64,000 bases of DNA from an uncultured virus (IMG/VR IMGVR_UViG_3300029288_000091) (IMGVR_UViG_3300029288_000091); one strand, 5' to 3'. Shown: positions 20,539-31,604, numbered from the stretch's first letter. Program-made: numbers and translations. The notes: a model not told the origin generated them from the letters alone.

Positions 20539-20838
20539 GTGACACTCTGCTTGGGCTAAAGCCCAGCAGCTTCTCGAACAACGTGTGGCCTTACTTCAGC
20601 CTGCGTTAGCGCTCGAAGGCGGTGCCCCCGCCGTTTTGGCGTCCAAACTAAATGAAAAACCACTAAATGAACCCGATGCTCGTCTCTTTGGTAATCCATA
20701 AACTTGTTGTTTCCTTTGTATCCATTATACATCTCCTCAACACAAAGGCAAGCTAAAAGATGTGGCTAAAGCCAAAGAAAAAAGCCCGCCTATTCGCTGG
20801 GACTAAAGTCGCGCGACTTGCGGCGGGCTTCAGGAATG
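20539..20838 (-). mobile_element. 300-bp non-autonomous derivative (MITE) of the IS605 element
   Basis: Matches 718-815 joined to 2221-2430 through the 8-bp repeat CGCCGTTT. Confidence 0.95.
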
Positions 20839-21059
20839 GTCATTCTTGACCATTTCTGGTAGCCCAAGAATGATGAAAAACTCAATAATTGCGTTTAATA
20901 TCACAAATTTCTTTTTCATATGGATATAGACGATAAACCGTGCCACGAGAATATGACCAGCAGCCAGGAGATGTTTTATAATGTCTAACTAAAATCCAGA
21001 TGGAGAAAATTCCTTACTTCTGTGTTCGATAATTTCATTATCATCCTTAAAATAATCTT

Positions 21060-21329
21060 TCATATACAGCCCCCACAACATACTGTAATTCTTTCCAAAA
21101 CATCACGAACTGCATTGCGAATGTCATTATCAAAGTCATTCGCATCTTTCCATTCAAGCTCTCCAGCCTCTACATGAGCATCCCATTCTTTACCAAACCA
21201 TACAGATCCTGAAGAAGCACAACAATATTTTTTATTATATACTTCTTTATTATCAACTTTTATAATTAAATTTCCCATACAAGTACACGGCCATTTTCCA
21301 TCATAGGACACTTCAATTTTTCTCTTCAT
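21060..21329 (-). CDS. hypothetical Cys-rich protein
   Basis: ORF ending CCGGCI. Confidence 0.65.
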   Translation of the reverse strand: MKRKIEVSYDGKWPCTCMGNLIIKVDNKEVYNKKYCCASSGSVWFGKEWDAHVEAGELEWKDANDFDNDIRNAVRDVLERITVCCGGCI

Positions 21330-21595
21330 TTTATAACTCCAGAATTAATAATTCGTTTGCTAGTTTTTCTCTTATAGAAAATGTTTGGGCCATTGATTTC
21401 ATAAATATCAATTATTTTAGTATAAATTCCTGTAGTAAAGTTTAAGGAGTAGCCATGTGCACTTTCACCCGGCAATAATACTTTTTCTCCAGTCATAGTA
21501 TCTGTATCTACCCAAAGCACTCCTGGCAGCTGTTTTCCATCTCTGTCATAAACTTTTATGTCTATAGCATTTGGATCATCAGCAGTAATAATCAT
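21326..21595 (-). CDS. hypothetical protein
   Basis: ATGA overlaps on both sides. Confidence 0.6.
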   Translation of the reverse strand: MIITADDPNAIDIKVYDRDGKQLPGVLWVDTDTMTGEKVLLPGESAHGYSLNFTTGIYTKIIDIYEINGPNIFYKRKTSKRIINSGVIK

Positions 21596-21960
21596 TTTTC
21601 CTCTTTAAACCAAGGTTTAAAATTTAGAATTTGTTCTAGAAGCCCCTCGGTTTTTCCATCAAACCTAATTCCTCTATCATCAAGATATACATCAGCTGCA
21701 ATCTTTCTGCTTCCGTCTTTTGGCCATGGCTGCCAATTTATATAATCATATAGAATATTATATTTGGCAAGATGCTCTTTCATTTTCTCGGTTTCTTGTC
21801 TTACAGTCCATATTATAATATTCCAACCAGCTTCTTTTACTTTCATGAGAAGTTCAACTATTCCTTCGTTTGGTTCACCAAAATGGTCCCAACCACGGAA
21901 CTTATCGTATTTAAAGAGTGTTCCATCCAAATCAACCGCTAAATTTTTCTTATGAGCCAC
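21592..21960 (-). CDS. HAD-superfamily hydrolase
   Basis: DLDGT, WTVR, K..ADVYLDDR. Confidence 0.85.
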   Translation of the reverse strand: MAHKKNLAVDLDGTLFKYDKFRGWDHFGEPNEGIVELLMKVKEAGWNIIIWTVRQETEKMKEHLAKYNILYDYINWQPWPKDGSRKIAADVYLDDRGIRFDGKTEGLLEQILNFKPWFKEEK

Positions 21961-22276
21961 TTATACACCTCGCTAAACTTAGTTGAACATATTCAGCACC
22001 AGGGTTCATTTCATATAATCCATCCATAGGTGTCCTAGAAGTTATCCTAACTAACAAACAATTACGACTAAAATTCTCTTCAAAATTAAACGAAAGAGAA
22101 CTATAATCCTTTATTTCTATACCTGAAAATTCTATAATTAGCTGTAAAGCTGCGTCATTTCTAGTAATCCAGTCATACACTTGATACCTACTAATATATG
22201 AATTAGGAACTATAACTATAATTCCGTATTCTTTTATTTTAAGCAGATCTTCTCTACTAATTCTTTGTTCTATCAT
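21950..22276 (-). CDS. hypothetical protein
   Basis: ORF in run. Confidence 0.5.
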   Translation of the reverse strand: MIEQRISREDLLKIKEYGIIVIVPNSYISRYQVYDWITRNDAALQLIIEFSGIEIKDYSSLSFNFEENFSRNCLLVRITSRTPMDGLYEMNPGAEYVQLSLARCISGS

Positions 22277-22699
22277 ACTCTACTGCCTTTCCGCTATTGA
22301 TGTTTTAATAGCTTTCTTCATAACTTCAAGAGCCTCATCATAACGCATCCTGCCAGTTGCCAAAGCTTCTCTTAATTCTTTAGCCAATTCTCCTAAATTT
22401 ATATCATATACAAAAGTTCCCTTTTCCATTATCATCTCCTAAATTTTTTGAAGAATGGGTGAAAAGCTCGCCGGCCATCTGGCCTTGTTAATTCTTCATC
22501 TATAATTTCTTTTTCAATTTCTTTTTTCCAACAATTAAAATATCTAGCTTCTTGGACTGACTGCCACCCTTGATAAAACTTTTTGTTCTTTAAAATATAG
22601 CGAATAATATAATACAAAATGGCACAATAGAAATTTATTGTTCTCAATATAATAAATTATTTACAAAAAGAAATCTCAAATAAGATATAAAAATAGTTT

Positions 22700-23090
22700 A
22701 CAGCCATTCTTGTGCTTGTTCTTACCAAAACACTCATAAAACTACTGAAACTCGTCGTTCTAAATTAGAGTGTTGGTTAGAGACTGAACTTAAAAAGTTA
22801 TATCCCAATTTATAAATATTATTCAATAATAAAGAAATAATTAATTCTGAATTAGATATTTATATTCTAACTTTATTACTTGTGTTTGATCTTAACATTA
22901 TATATCATTATGAATCAATCCATGGATAAGAAAAACTAGCATCTATTCAAAACAATGATACAAGAAAATTTTAAGCCTGCTTTGAAAAAGGCATCGAACT
23001 TTGTATTATTGATTCTTCTCAATTAAATTATTTCAAACCAATAAAAGCTCAGAAATATTTAGATATAATTATAAACATAATAAATTTAAT
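22700..23090 (+). pseudogene. decayed PD-(D/E)XK/Vsr-like endonuclease
   Basis: RRSKLECWLE..YPNL*ILFNNKEIINSELDIY..HG*EKL..QNNDTRKF*ACFEKGIELCIID with in-frame stops; boundaries approximate. Confidence 0.65.
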
Positions 23091-23106
23091 AAATATAAAA
23101 ACTTTG

Positions 23107-23184
23107 CGGAAAGGAAGGGAGTTAAACCCTCAGAACCTTACGGCTCACTCGTAGCACCCGGCATCGTTGCGGGATGGCCTTTCC
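23107..23184 (-). pseudogene. degenerate tRNA-Ser-like gene
   Basis: GGAAAGG/CCTTTCC acceptor, G discriminator, long variable arm, T arm; D and anticodon arms broken. Confidence 0.55.
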
Positions 23185-23228
23185 ATAACATACACTCTAT
23201 GTAATGTATGTTTGTATAAATATCGACA

Positions 23229-23531
23229 TTAATTTAACAATGTAGCTGATAATTTTTCTATTCCATCTAAATACTCTGTAAAATTATTTTCTCTAAGCCA
23301 AACTATCCATTCTTGATTTGCCTGTCCCAAAATATATTCTCTACCAGAGTATGTTGATGATCTACCATTAGAAATATCTAAGTCCATAACTTTTGAGGTT
23401 ACGACAAACTTTCCATCTTCAAAATTAGGATGTCCATACGCATTTCCTTGGAGAGAAATATTTTGTCTCTCTGGTACCATATAAAAATCGTTGCCCCTAA
23501 AACACAAAGACCAATTTTCTAACCTAACCAT
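23229..23531 (-). CDS. hypothetical protein
   Basis: LENWS..L.G.AYGHPNFEDG..V.TS pattern typical of small phage proteins. Confidence 0.7.
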   Translation of the reverse strand: MVRLENWSLCFRGNDFYMVPERQNISLQGNAYGHPNFEDGKFVVTSKVMDLDISNGRSSTYSGREYILGQANQEWIVWLRENNFTEYLDGIEKLSATLLN

Positions 23532-23532
23532 T

Positions 23533-23820
23533 TTATTCCTCTACTATCTTTAAGCTACGTGTAAATTTAATTCCAAGTGGTTCAACTCTACCCTTTAAAA
23601 CGCAAATTATATGTTCAAAATTGTCAATTTCATCAATGTCTGTCTCGCCATCGTCAATTATATCTAATGCTTCTAATTCAGCTTGTTTCAAAGTATTTAC
23701 ATAAATATAATCTATTTCTCCATCTCCGCTAGCATAGATTAAAGTATATCCTTCTTGAACTTTTTCTACTTCATTGCTACTTGTTTCATCTAAAGGTATT
23801 TCCTTACAAACTTTTTTCAT
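23533..23820 (-). CDS. hypothetical protein
   Basis: ORF in run. Confidence 0.55.
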   Translation of the reverse strand: MKKVCKEIPLDETSSNEVEKVQEGYTLIYASGDGEIDYIYVNTLKQAELEALDIIDDGETDIDEIDNFEHIICVLKGRVEPLGIKFTRSLKIVEE

Positions 23821-24305
23821 TATTTCTCCTTTTTAAATAATATAATAGCTCTTGCATCTCTACCAAAAGTAATTTTTGATTTAATCATGGTCTTAAGTTT
23901 ACGCCGGCTACATATTTGAAGTGCTTTTCCCTCACGATAATTATTTACCACTAGATAATGTTTGCCCAATTTTCCTGAAATAAACACATAATGTCCAGAA
24001 TATCCATCAAAAGATTCTAAGTCTTTATAATAATATTCTAAAATAATGGAGCCCCTATTTTTTATATAGTAGTCAATGTCGCTAATATATATAAAATGAC
24101 ATTCCAAAACATCAAAAAGTTTTTTATAACTCTTAACCACCTTAACAATGCCGTCATAATCAGTACCACTAATACCGCAATTAGATATTTTTTTAATATG
24201 CTTAAAATGTGAATTATAAGTAATCTTGGCGCCCGCCCATTTTAAAACGTTCATAATAGCAATCGGTCCACACGCATATTTGTCGCGTTGTTTTATATAT
24301 CTCAA
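23820..24305 (-). CDS. C39-like cysteine peptidase
   Basis: Q..KYACGP, GT, GHYV. Confidence 0.7.
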   Translation of the reverse strand: MRYIKQRDKYACGPIAIMNVLKWAGAKITYNSHFKHIKKISNCGISGTDYDGIVKVVKSYKKLFDVLECHFIYISDIDYYIKNRGSIILEYYYKDLESFDGYSGHYVFISGKLGKHYLVVNNYREGKALQICSRRKLKTMIKSKITFGRDARAIILFKKEK

Positions 24306-24698
24306 GCAGCATCTCCTAATTTTACAATTTCAAAAATTGTCCCAAACATGTGTGGTTTATATAGAAACCATTTTCAATCTTCTTTCAAAGATATGATCTT
24401 GAACCAATCTTCAAGCTTACTATTCCCACCCCAAATTCTCATTGCATCAAAGAAATTTGTAAAATATACTTTAAATCCATTAACATTTTCTTCGACCTTT
24501 TTAATACGAAGTTTTTTATTAGACATACCCCAACCTTGAGATTTTAAAACTACTATATCACCTTTTTAAATCCGTAATTTTCATTTATATAACCCTGGTT
24601 ATGTAAATCTTTACAAACTAATAATCTCTTTAATACTATCTTTCCATTTTATCTTTATATCGTCTTTATATGTATCGTATAAAAGACTTATGAACTCA

Positions 24699-25906
24699 TC
24701 ATTTTACCGTTCTATTAACTTCTCGACTCTTTAAATTGCTCCATTGGCTCCCTCTAAGTTGTAGTTTAATTTTCTTATTGAATTGGAATTTACTTATTAT
24801 TTTTATGATATAAAAACAAACACGCATATAATTTGGGTCAAACCAGGTTTTATTTTCTATAATTTTTTGAATGCCCCCGTAGGAAAGACTATACTTTTCC
24901 ATTAGCATAGAAAATGTGTAATCTTGGTTATTATAAAAATTTCTTATCTCTTTAACCATGTCTTTATTAAGTTTAGATTTTCTCCGCTTTTAGCGAGCAT
25001 ATTATGATTTTCTTTAGCCATATACTTATAATTTTCCTGTGGCCATACTTTATTCAATACTATATTTCTAACCAAATTTTCACTTATTTTAAACCTTTTG
25101 GCTATATTTAAAAATGAAATAGTTGTATCTTTATACATTTCCCTAATTTTACATGCTATTTCAAAATTAATACCATGTCTTATTGCCACAATATTTTTAT
25201 TATCTAAAACTGGTAATATATATTTATCATCTTTCCATGTTTCATTTTTTTACTATACTTTCTATAGCGCTAAATGAAATATCTTTTTCTTTATACAATT
25301 TTTCAATTTCGAATATTCTGTATCCATCAATATATAATTGTCTAATATTATTAACATCATTCCAAATAACTTAGCATGGGAATGTCGTTATGGGTCTTTA
25401 TAAATTATTTCATCACAATTATAATTTGGGTCTATCCAAGTTTTGTTTCTAACAACGGCTAAAATAGTTCCTGAGCAAACATTAAATCTTTTTCCTAACT
25501 GTTTGAGCGTAAGTCTTTTATCATTTTTTATATAAATTTCTAATTTCAAAAACTTCAGTCCAAGTAAGCTTTGAGCTGCCGTGATTTTCTCCCTTAATAT
25601 CAAGCATTTGTTCAACAAAATAATTTATATTATACCCAAATTCTGGTTCATAACTTTTAAACTCATCTAATCTCTTTTGTTCCGTTTGTAATAATAATTC
25701 AATCGAACATTCTTCTAAAACATTAAAATAAAATTATTCTATCCATACTTATCCCATGCTCTTTGAAGTCTAATGGAATGATGTTTGTTGTGCCTCAAAA
25801 GTCTTTTGTGTTCATAAAATCTTTTTAATATATCCTTACTACTTCCAATATATAATTTATTATTTGTTATATTTTTAATATAGTAAATACCAGATATTAT
25901 AATCAT
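24699..25906 (-). pseudogene. decayed GIY-YIG homing endonuclease with tandem HTH repeats
   Basis: MIIISGIYYIKNITNNKLYIGSS..RF.EH..KYG* then several broken I..NKTW HTH repeats. Confidence 0.8.
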
Positions 25907-25913
25907 TAAATTA

Positions 25914-26204
25914 TTACCAAAAAACTACTTTAATGACCCAAATTTCGCATTCTTTAAGACCATAAGGAACAGAAATAGTTCTATCATCTTTTTTGGGGAC
26001 AAATATTCTTTTATAAAATTTATAACTTTGTGTTTTATAATTAAAATCACACTTGGTTTCTAACAAGACACCAACAGCATGTGTATTGTGGATATGTATA
26101 TTAGTATCTCTTTTTATCTCATCTCCATTTGCCAGACCAACCAAAATTGGCGCCAACATAAACAATACTAAGAGCCCCAGCATTAAACAAAACTTTTTAA
26201 ACAT
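25914..26204 (-). CDS. hypothetical secreted protein
   Basis: N-terminal signal-like segment. Confidence 0.6.
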   Translation of the reverse strand: MFKKFCLMLGLLVLFMLAPILVGLANGDEIKRDTNIHIHNTHAVGVLLETKCDFNYKTQSYKFYKRIFVPKKDDRTISVPYGLKECEIWVIKVVFW

Positions 26205-26206
26205 TT

Positions 26207-26638
26207 TTATACTCCACGTTTTATAATTTTTCCCGTTGTTAAAATAGATTCAAATTCGGGATATTTATCCAAAAGCTCTTTCAATTTCTTAATTTCAGCA
26301 TCCTGTTCTTCTTTAGCTCGTTGTTCAACATCTAAACGATGTCTTTCTAGAATTGTGCGTTGTCTTTCCTGTTCTCTTCTCTCTGCGTTTTCAAGTTCAG
26401 TTCTTACACTACATAATACGTGTTCATTAGAAACTAATTCAACTATCTCACAATCTTCATAAATCTGAAACCCACGAAGAATCCCTACACTATTTAAATG
26501 ACTTCTCAAATGTCCAAGAGTTCTCCATATCTTGCCCTTTTTAGTAAACTTTGGATAAGAGCCGCCATTAGAAAACAAATCATCGGACCGCCTCTTTATT
26601 TTATAAAAAATTTCTTCTGCCATTTTTATTTTCCACAT
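26207..26638 (-). CDS. hypothetical protein
   Basis: FSNGG..PKFTKKGKIW motif plus coiled coil. Confidence 0.65.
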   Translation of the reverse strand: MWKIKMAEEIFYKIKRRSDDLFSNGGSYPKFTKKGKIWRTLGHLRSHLNSVGILRGFQIYEDCEIVELVSNEHVLCSVRTELENAERREQERQRTILERHRLDVEQRAKEEQDAEIKKLKELLDKYPEFESILTTGKIIKRGV

Positions 26639-26979
26639 ATTGAAAAAATTTGATAAACTTCATTAATACTGGAAACATTCTTAGTTTTGCCACCGCACCA
26701 ATAACAATTCGAACGACCATCATTATTTCTTGGTTCTATTAAATTATTAGTAGGTTTTCTATAAACATCCAACTCATAATATAATAAATCTACAGAAAAT
26801 GATACAAAAAGCCATGGATGACCTGGATTTGGATCTGCGACTATTTCAAGGGTATCTCCCTTTTCAAATTCTATATAACAGTTGTGTGAAACGCTTACCA
26901 TCTGTGTGGGAAGACTGCTTGAAATACAAAACATATTTTTAAATAAGCCGTTTTTTACCGGATGAATATATATATACAA
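26626..26979 (-). CDS. hypothetical protein (start uncertain)
   Basis: ORF with CYWCG. Confidence 0.4.
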   Translation of the reverse strand: MYIYIHPVKNGLFKNMFCISSSLPTQMVSVSHNCYIEFEKGDTLEIVADPNPGHPWLFVSFSVDLLYYELDVYRKPTNNLIEPRNNDGRSNCYWCGGKTKNVSSINEVYQIFSICGK

Positions 26980-27464
26980 GACCAGGTTGGAACCATAATA
27001 ATCCCACCATTCTGTGGAATAGGACTATTCCAATATCCAGTAATGCCTATACAAACACTAATCTCGCCAGTTTCGCTTATAGTGTGTTTAAGTAATGTTT
27101 GTTGTTGGTAGGGCAATGCTATTTGTCCAAGATCAAAAAACTCTACTTTTACAGCTTATCCTTTCTTAAACGCTTCTCAAACATCTTCCTTTTTAAGAAG
27201 TTATTCTTATTCTTCAAACTCATTTTTTAATGTCTAGTTGTTCCTACAATAATTCTCAAATCTCCAACAGCGGGAGTTTTTTTAAGTAATCTTTTAAAAA
27301 ATGCTGAGACCAAACTTAATTTAATATTTGTAATAATTTTTGTCTTACTAAACTCTTTAAATTGATCTTCAGTTATTATACCGTCATAATATAAATCTTG
27401 TAAAGCGCATCTTTAACTTGATTTGCATATTCATTTAATTCATCAACACAAAAACTATACATGT

Positions 27465-28090
27465 TCATTTTAAATCTTCTCCTATAGAAACAAAATCATC
27501 GGGATTCCATTTTCCATATTTTTTCCCATAATTTGAAGAGCCGACCCAAATTTTTTTATCAAGCTCAGATGGTGTCATATTAAGTTTATCCGCCTCATCT
27601 AAAAAAGCTTGTTCAAGCTCTTTGTATTGTTTTCCATTTGGCGTGGACTTAGGAACTTTATAACCCTGTTTACCCAGCCATCTCAAGACATGAACATCAA
27701 GCGCGGCACACTTGGCATTTGGCCGAGTCCAAAGAATAAAAAACCTTGCAGTTTTTGGACCAATACCATAAATCTTTTCTAGATCTTCGACAGAGCAAGT
27801 TCGTAGATTTATGTTAGAACAAACTAGCTCTCTTAAGCATTTATTTATTTTATTGTAATTTCCGGTTTTAGTTTCTCTTAGTTTATATAAAACCATATCT
27901 GTTATATTCAATTCCAACAGTTCGCTTATATGGGCAATCCACCGGCCAATAGTATGAAAAGGTGTTTCGCCATAATCCATGTCTTTTAATAATTGTTTAG
28001 TCTTTTCTTCAGCAAATCTAGCATTTTGCCGGCAACTATAATAGAATATATAATTCTATATTGTAATTCGGCATCTGATAGTTCAACCAT
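27465..28090 (-). CDS. HhH DNA glycosylase (8-oxoguanine glycosylase-like), frameshifted near 28026
   Basis: GIGPKTARFF HhH with Lys, AALDVHVLRWL with Asp; N-terminus MVELSDAELQY..IVAGK lies in another frame. Confidence 0.7.
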
Positions 28091-28673
28091 TATTTCCCCA
28101 AATTATGTGATTACATATTGGACATTTACAAATATTATTTGTAATTACACCTTTAATTCTATGATGAGGACAAATATCCGCGTCTAGAACTAGATTAGCA
28201 ATCGGTATTTCTTCATTTTCATATTCATTAATTGCTAACTTAGATTCAATGTCAAGAGGACCAGTATCATCGACAAAAACTCTATAGGTTGGAATATTAC
28301 TTACAGTATGTTCTTTTTTTATAATAAAATCGCACTGCTGAGGGTCATTACCATTTCTAATAAGATTAGAAATTTGTTGGAACACCTGAACACCAAATTC
28401 TACTTTTTTTATTACATTGTCTGTTTTATCTAAAGCTATTACATTATATCTTGGGGTCCTACGCATCTTTTGTTTACACAGATCACAATCTTTTTCATCT
28501 TCACATTTTTGCATTTTCCATCTATCGTTTACTTTTGTCCAATGGATATAAGAAGTTTCAAAATCCCCAATTATTCTTATTTTATTATTTTGCCAATCAA
28601 TCGTCTTTTGATTACTGTATCCCAGGATGCTTCTCCTATTTTGCCGGGCTCAAAATATTTCTTTTCATCTGCC
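28083..28673 (-). pseudogene. gp32-like ssDNA-binding protein fragment, frameshifted 5' part
   Basis: NKIRII..HW..C....CDLC...RY....LD......V.FG..VF..I pattern; upstream ATG is out of frame. Confidence 0.45.
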
Positions 28674-28831
28674 ATTTATACCTCATTTGAGAAATGTCTT
28701 AAAACGCTCTAGGACCGCTTTCACGCCGTTTTAATATAAATCTGACATCGTTGCTGTTTTGCTTTTAGTGCGCCTCTGCGGTCATTATAGCTGTATCTAC
28801 AGAGTTCTAAATAACCCTTATGAACTATTTT

Positions 28832-29590
28832 TTAGTATGGTTCAACAAATACTTTAGTTCCAAGCTCAATAAAATTTTCGATAAGCCATTTTGAGTCTTT
28901 CTTAAATATTCTAACACATCCGTGAGAAATATTTGCTCCAGGAACATGACCTTCTTTTTCGCCGTGTAATGCTTCTCCATGTAAACCAAATTTCATTACA
29001 TTGTAGTATGGATGGCCGCATTCCTTTTTATTTATACATTCAACTGGATATAAAGATGAGCGTTGGAAACCCTTTTTAATTTCATATATTTTCCATTCGC
29101 CGGCTGGCGTCTTACACGTGTTTTTACCTGTTTCTTTACATTTTCCGATGCCACCATTTGCTACTCCCCATTTAACAAGCCTTCCATCTTTATAAGCACC
29201 CCATGCAAGTTTACCTAAATCCACAGTTATAAATTTTTCATTGTCAGCGCTTGTTTTGGGGAATGGTGAAAACTCTAGTTCATCTTTGGATAAATTAAAT
29301 GGCAAAGCGATACAGTGATTTATCCATATAAGAGTATTCCGCCGATTCACTTTTTGAACCATCTGCTTCACTCTCTCACCAGATGTACCAAAAATTTCGT
29401 CCCAAGTAACATATTTTTGTCTATCTTTGTAAAACCTAACACAACGATATTTATCAGGATTAAGTCTACACAGTTTAACAGCAAAATCTTGACGACATTT
29501 TTTATATGAAGCCAGTGTGTCCATATGAAAATTTTGAGCAAAACAAATACTACTAATTAAAAAAACAATTAAAAAACTAATAAATTTCAT
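28832..29590 (-). CDS. L,D-transpeptidase (YkuD family) with signal peptide
   Basis: ITVDL, TPAG.W.I, ALHG..SHGCVR catalytic motif. Confidence 0.88.
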   Translation of the reverse strand: MKFISFLIVFLISSICFAQNFHMDTLASYKKCRQDFAVKLCRLNPDKYRCVRFYKDRQKYVTWDEIFGTSGERVKQMVQKVNRRNTLIWINHCIALPFNLSKDELEFSPFPKTSADNEKFITVDLGKLAWGAYKDGRLVKWGVANGGIGKCKETGKNTCKTPAGEWKIYEIKKGFQRSSLYPVECINKKECGHPYYNVMKFGLHGEALHGEKEGHVPGANISHGCVRIFKKDSKWLIENFIELGTKVFVEPY

Positions 29591-30045
29591 CTTTTTTCAC
29601 CATCAAATTTGCAATCTGTATCGGTTAAACTATAATCTATATGCTCTCCGTGACGATGCCCCCAATTCACAAAAGTTTCAATAATATACCCATCTTCGAT
29701 ATCGCCCAGAAGCAAATAACCAAGGTCGGTCATCCAAAATCCAAATGACTTAGATACTTGTCTTTCCTTTGATTCCCAATTCCAGCGCTCATTTGTTAGT
29801 TTATTATATAGCTCTTTTGCCTCTTTGATTGTCATGTCTTCTGGGAAATCAGCTATACCAGTTCCAACATACTTGGGTTTGTCACTCATCTTCTTAAACT
29901 CTTCTTTTGCTTTAAAATAATTTTGGGTAGCAGTATCTACATCTTTTTCAAATTGTTCTTGTGTAATGTTTTCAGGAGCTAAAAGATAAGTATATCCTTC
30001 AAATTCTCCACAGCGAATATGTTCAATCCTCACAAACTTCTTCAT
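29587..30045 (-). CDS. hypothetical protein
   Basis: ORF in run. Confidence 0.65.
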   Translation of the reverse strand: MKKFVRIEHIRCGEFEGYTYLLAPENITQEQFEKDVDTATQNYFKAKEEFKKMSDKPKYVGTGIADFPEDMTIKEAKELYNKLTNERWNWESKERQVSKSFGFWMTDLGYLLLGDIEDGYIIETFVNWGHRHGEHIDYSLTDTDCKFDGEKR

Positions 30046-30286
30046 CTTCATATTCCTCTTCATCATCTATACTTAGTTCATTAATTGTATCTTCAAATGT
30101 CGGAGTTCTAGCACTTACCCAATCATTATCATTATCAATAACACATTCAATTGCGCTTATCCAATAATATTTTGCCCTATTCCAGGTGTGTTCTGGGGCG
30201 CTTTTTAGAATATACTTTGCATCGCCAATCAATTCTTTCATCTTTTCTTTTATTTCAATTAGATCGCCAACATCTTGGTTTGTCAT
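30023..30286 (-). CDS. hypothetical protein with acidic tail
   Basis: ORF with RBS. Confidence 0.6.
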   Translation of the reverse strand: MTNQDVGDLIEIKEKMKELIGDAKYILKSAPEHTWNRAKYYWISAIECVIDNDNDWVSARTPTFEDTINELSIDDEEEYEDEEVCED

Positions 30287-30288
30287 TT

Positions 30289-31338
30289 CTATCTCCTAAA
30301 ATCCACATTTTGATATTCCAAACAAAATTTGACAAGCAGTTTTACAGTATTTTCTAAATCATCAAGACTAATCATCTCTACTGGAGTATGCATATATCTA
30401 TTAGGAACAGAAATATTTGCGGTTGGTATACCACCTCTTGCTCTAAAACACTCATCAGCGTCAGTTCCACTACGTCTTGGGCTTGCTTCCATTTGCAGTG
30501 GAATGTTGTTTCGTTCTGCCGTATCGATTAACATTTGATTGAGTTTAGGATGAGAAGTAGATCCAATGTTTACCGAGGGACCATCGCCAAGCCTAACATC
30601 GCCACATTTTTCTTTTGATATGCCTGGACTGTCTGTTGCGTGTGTTACGTCTATTGCAATAGCAATATCTGGTTTTACTTTTTCTACGGCAATTTTAGCA
30701 CCATAAATCCCATTTTCTTCTTGGATTGTCGCTGCACCAATAACATGACACTTTAGATCTGCCCGTTGTTCTCTGAGTTTAGTTATAGCTTCAGCAACAC
30801 ACCATGCACCAATGCGATCATCTAATCCACGTCCTACAATAAGGTTATTAGGATATTCTTCAAAACTAACATCAAAAGTAATTGGATCTCCGATAGAAAT
30901 CATCTTGAGCGCATCTGCTTTGTTTTTGGCACCAATATCAATAAACATTTGATGGAGTTTTGCTGCCTTATCTTCTTTGTCAAGAAGGTGAATTGCTGTT
31001 TTACCAAATACACCACTAATCGGTCCATTTTTATTATGGATTGTTACCCGCTTAGCAACTGCAACAGTGGGGTCAACTCCACCAATCATATCTACATATA
31101 CAAAACCATCACTATTTATGTAGTTTACCATAAATCCAACTTCATCGATATGTCCACTTAACATTATGGTTGGATAGTGGAAAAATCCGGCAACAGCATA
31201 TGAACCACAATATACATCTGTATCATAAACTGCATCACCCAAATAATCTCTCCAAACTTTAGCAGCAGCATCTTCAAAACCAGATGGGCTTGGAGTATTT
31301 ATAAGTTGCTTTAAAAAATCAAGAGACTTTTGTTCCAT
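30289..31338 (-). CDS. M42 family aminopeptidase
   Basis: SPSGFE, GHIDEVG, LDDRIG, QEE, GTDAD, RYMHTPVE. Confidence 0.93.
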   Translation of the reverse strand: MEQKSLDFLKQLINTPSPSGFEDAAAKVWRDYLGDAVYDTDVYCGSYAVAGFFHYPTIMLSGHIDEVGFMVNYINSDGFVYVDMIGGVDPTVAVAKRVTIHNKNGPISGVFGKTAIHLLDKEDKAAKLHQMFIDIGAKNKADALKMISIGDPITFDVSFEEYPNNLIVGRGLDDRIGAWCVAEAITKLREQRADLKCHVIGAATIQEENGIYGAKIAVEKVKPDIAIAIDVTHATDSPGISKEKCGDVRLGDGPSVNIGSTSHPKLNQMLIDTAERNNIPLQMEASPRRSGTDADECFRARGGIPTANISVPNRYMHTPVEMISLDDLENTVKLLVKFCLEYQNVDFRR

Positions 31339-31604
31339 TATTTTTTCCTATCTGTACAACGGCAAGTATTTTACTATAAATAAATTTTAGCGTCTGTTAG
31401 AGTTATACAACACTCAGAACAGAAATTATATTGGTCAATAGATAAACGAACAATAGCACCACAGTCATTTGTAATTCGTTTTGTATACCAACCAATATCA
31501 ACTTTATAAATTATTCGCGACGAATCTCATCTCTACATTCGCTACATTTTTCTCATAAAAACCAAGATTTAGATTTATAAATTCTATATGGTCGTTCGTA
31601 TTTA

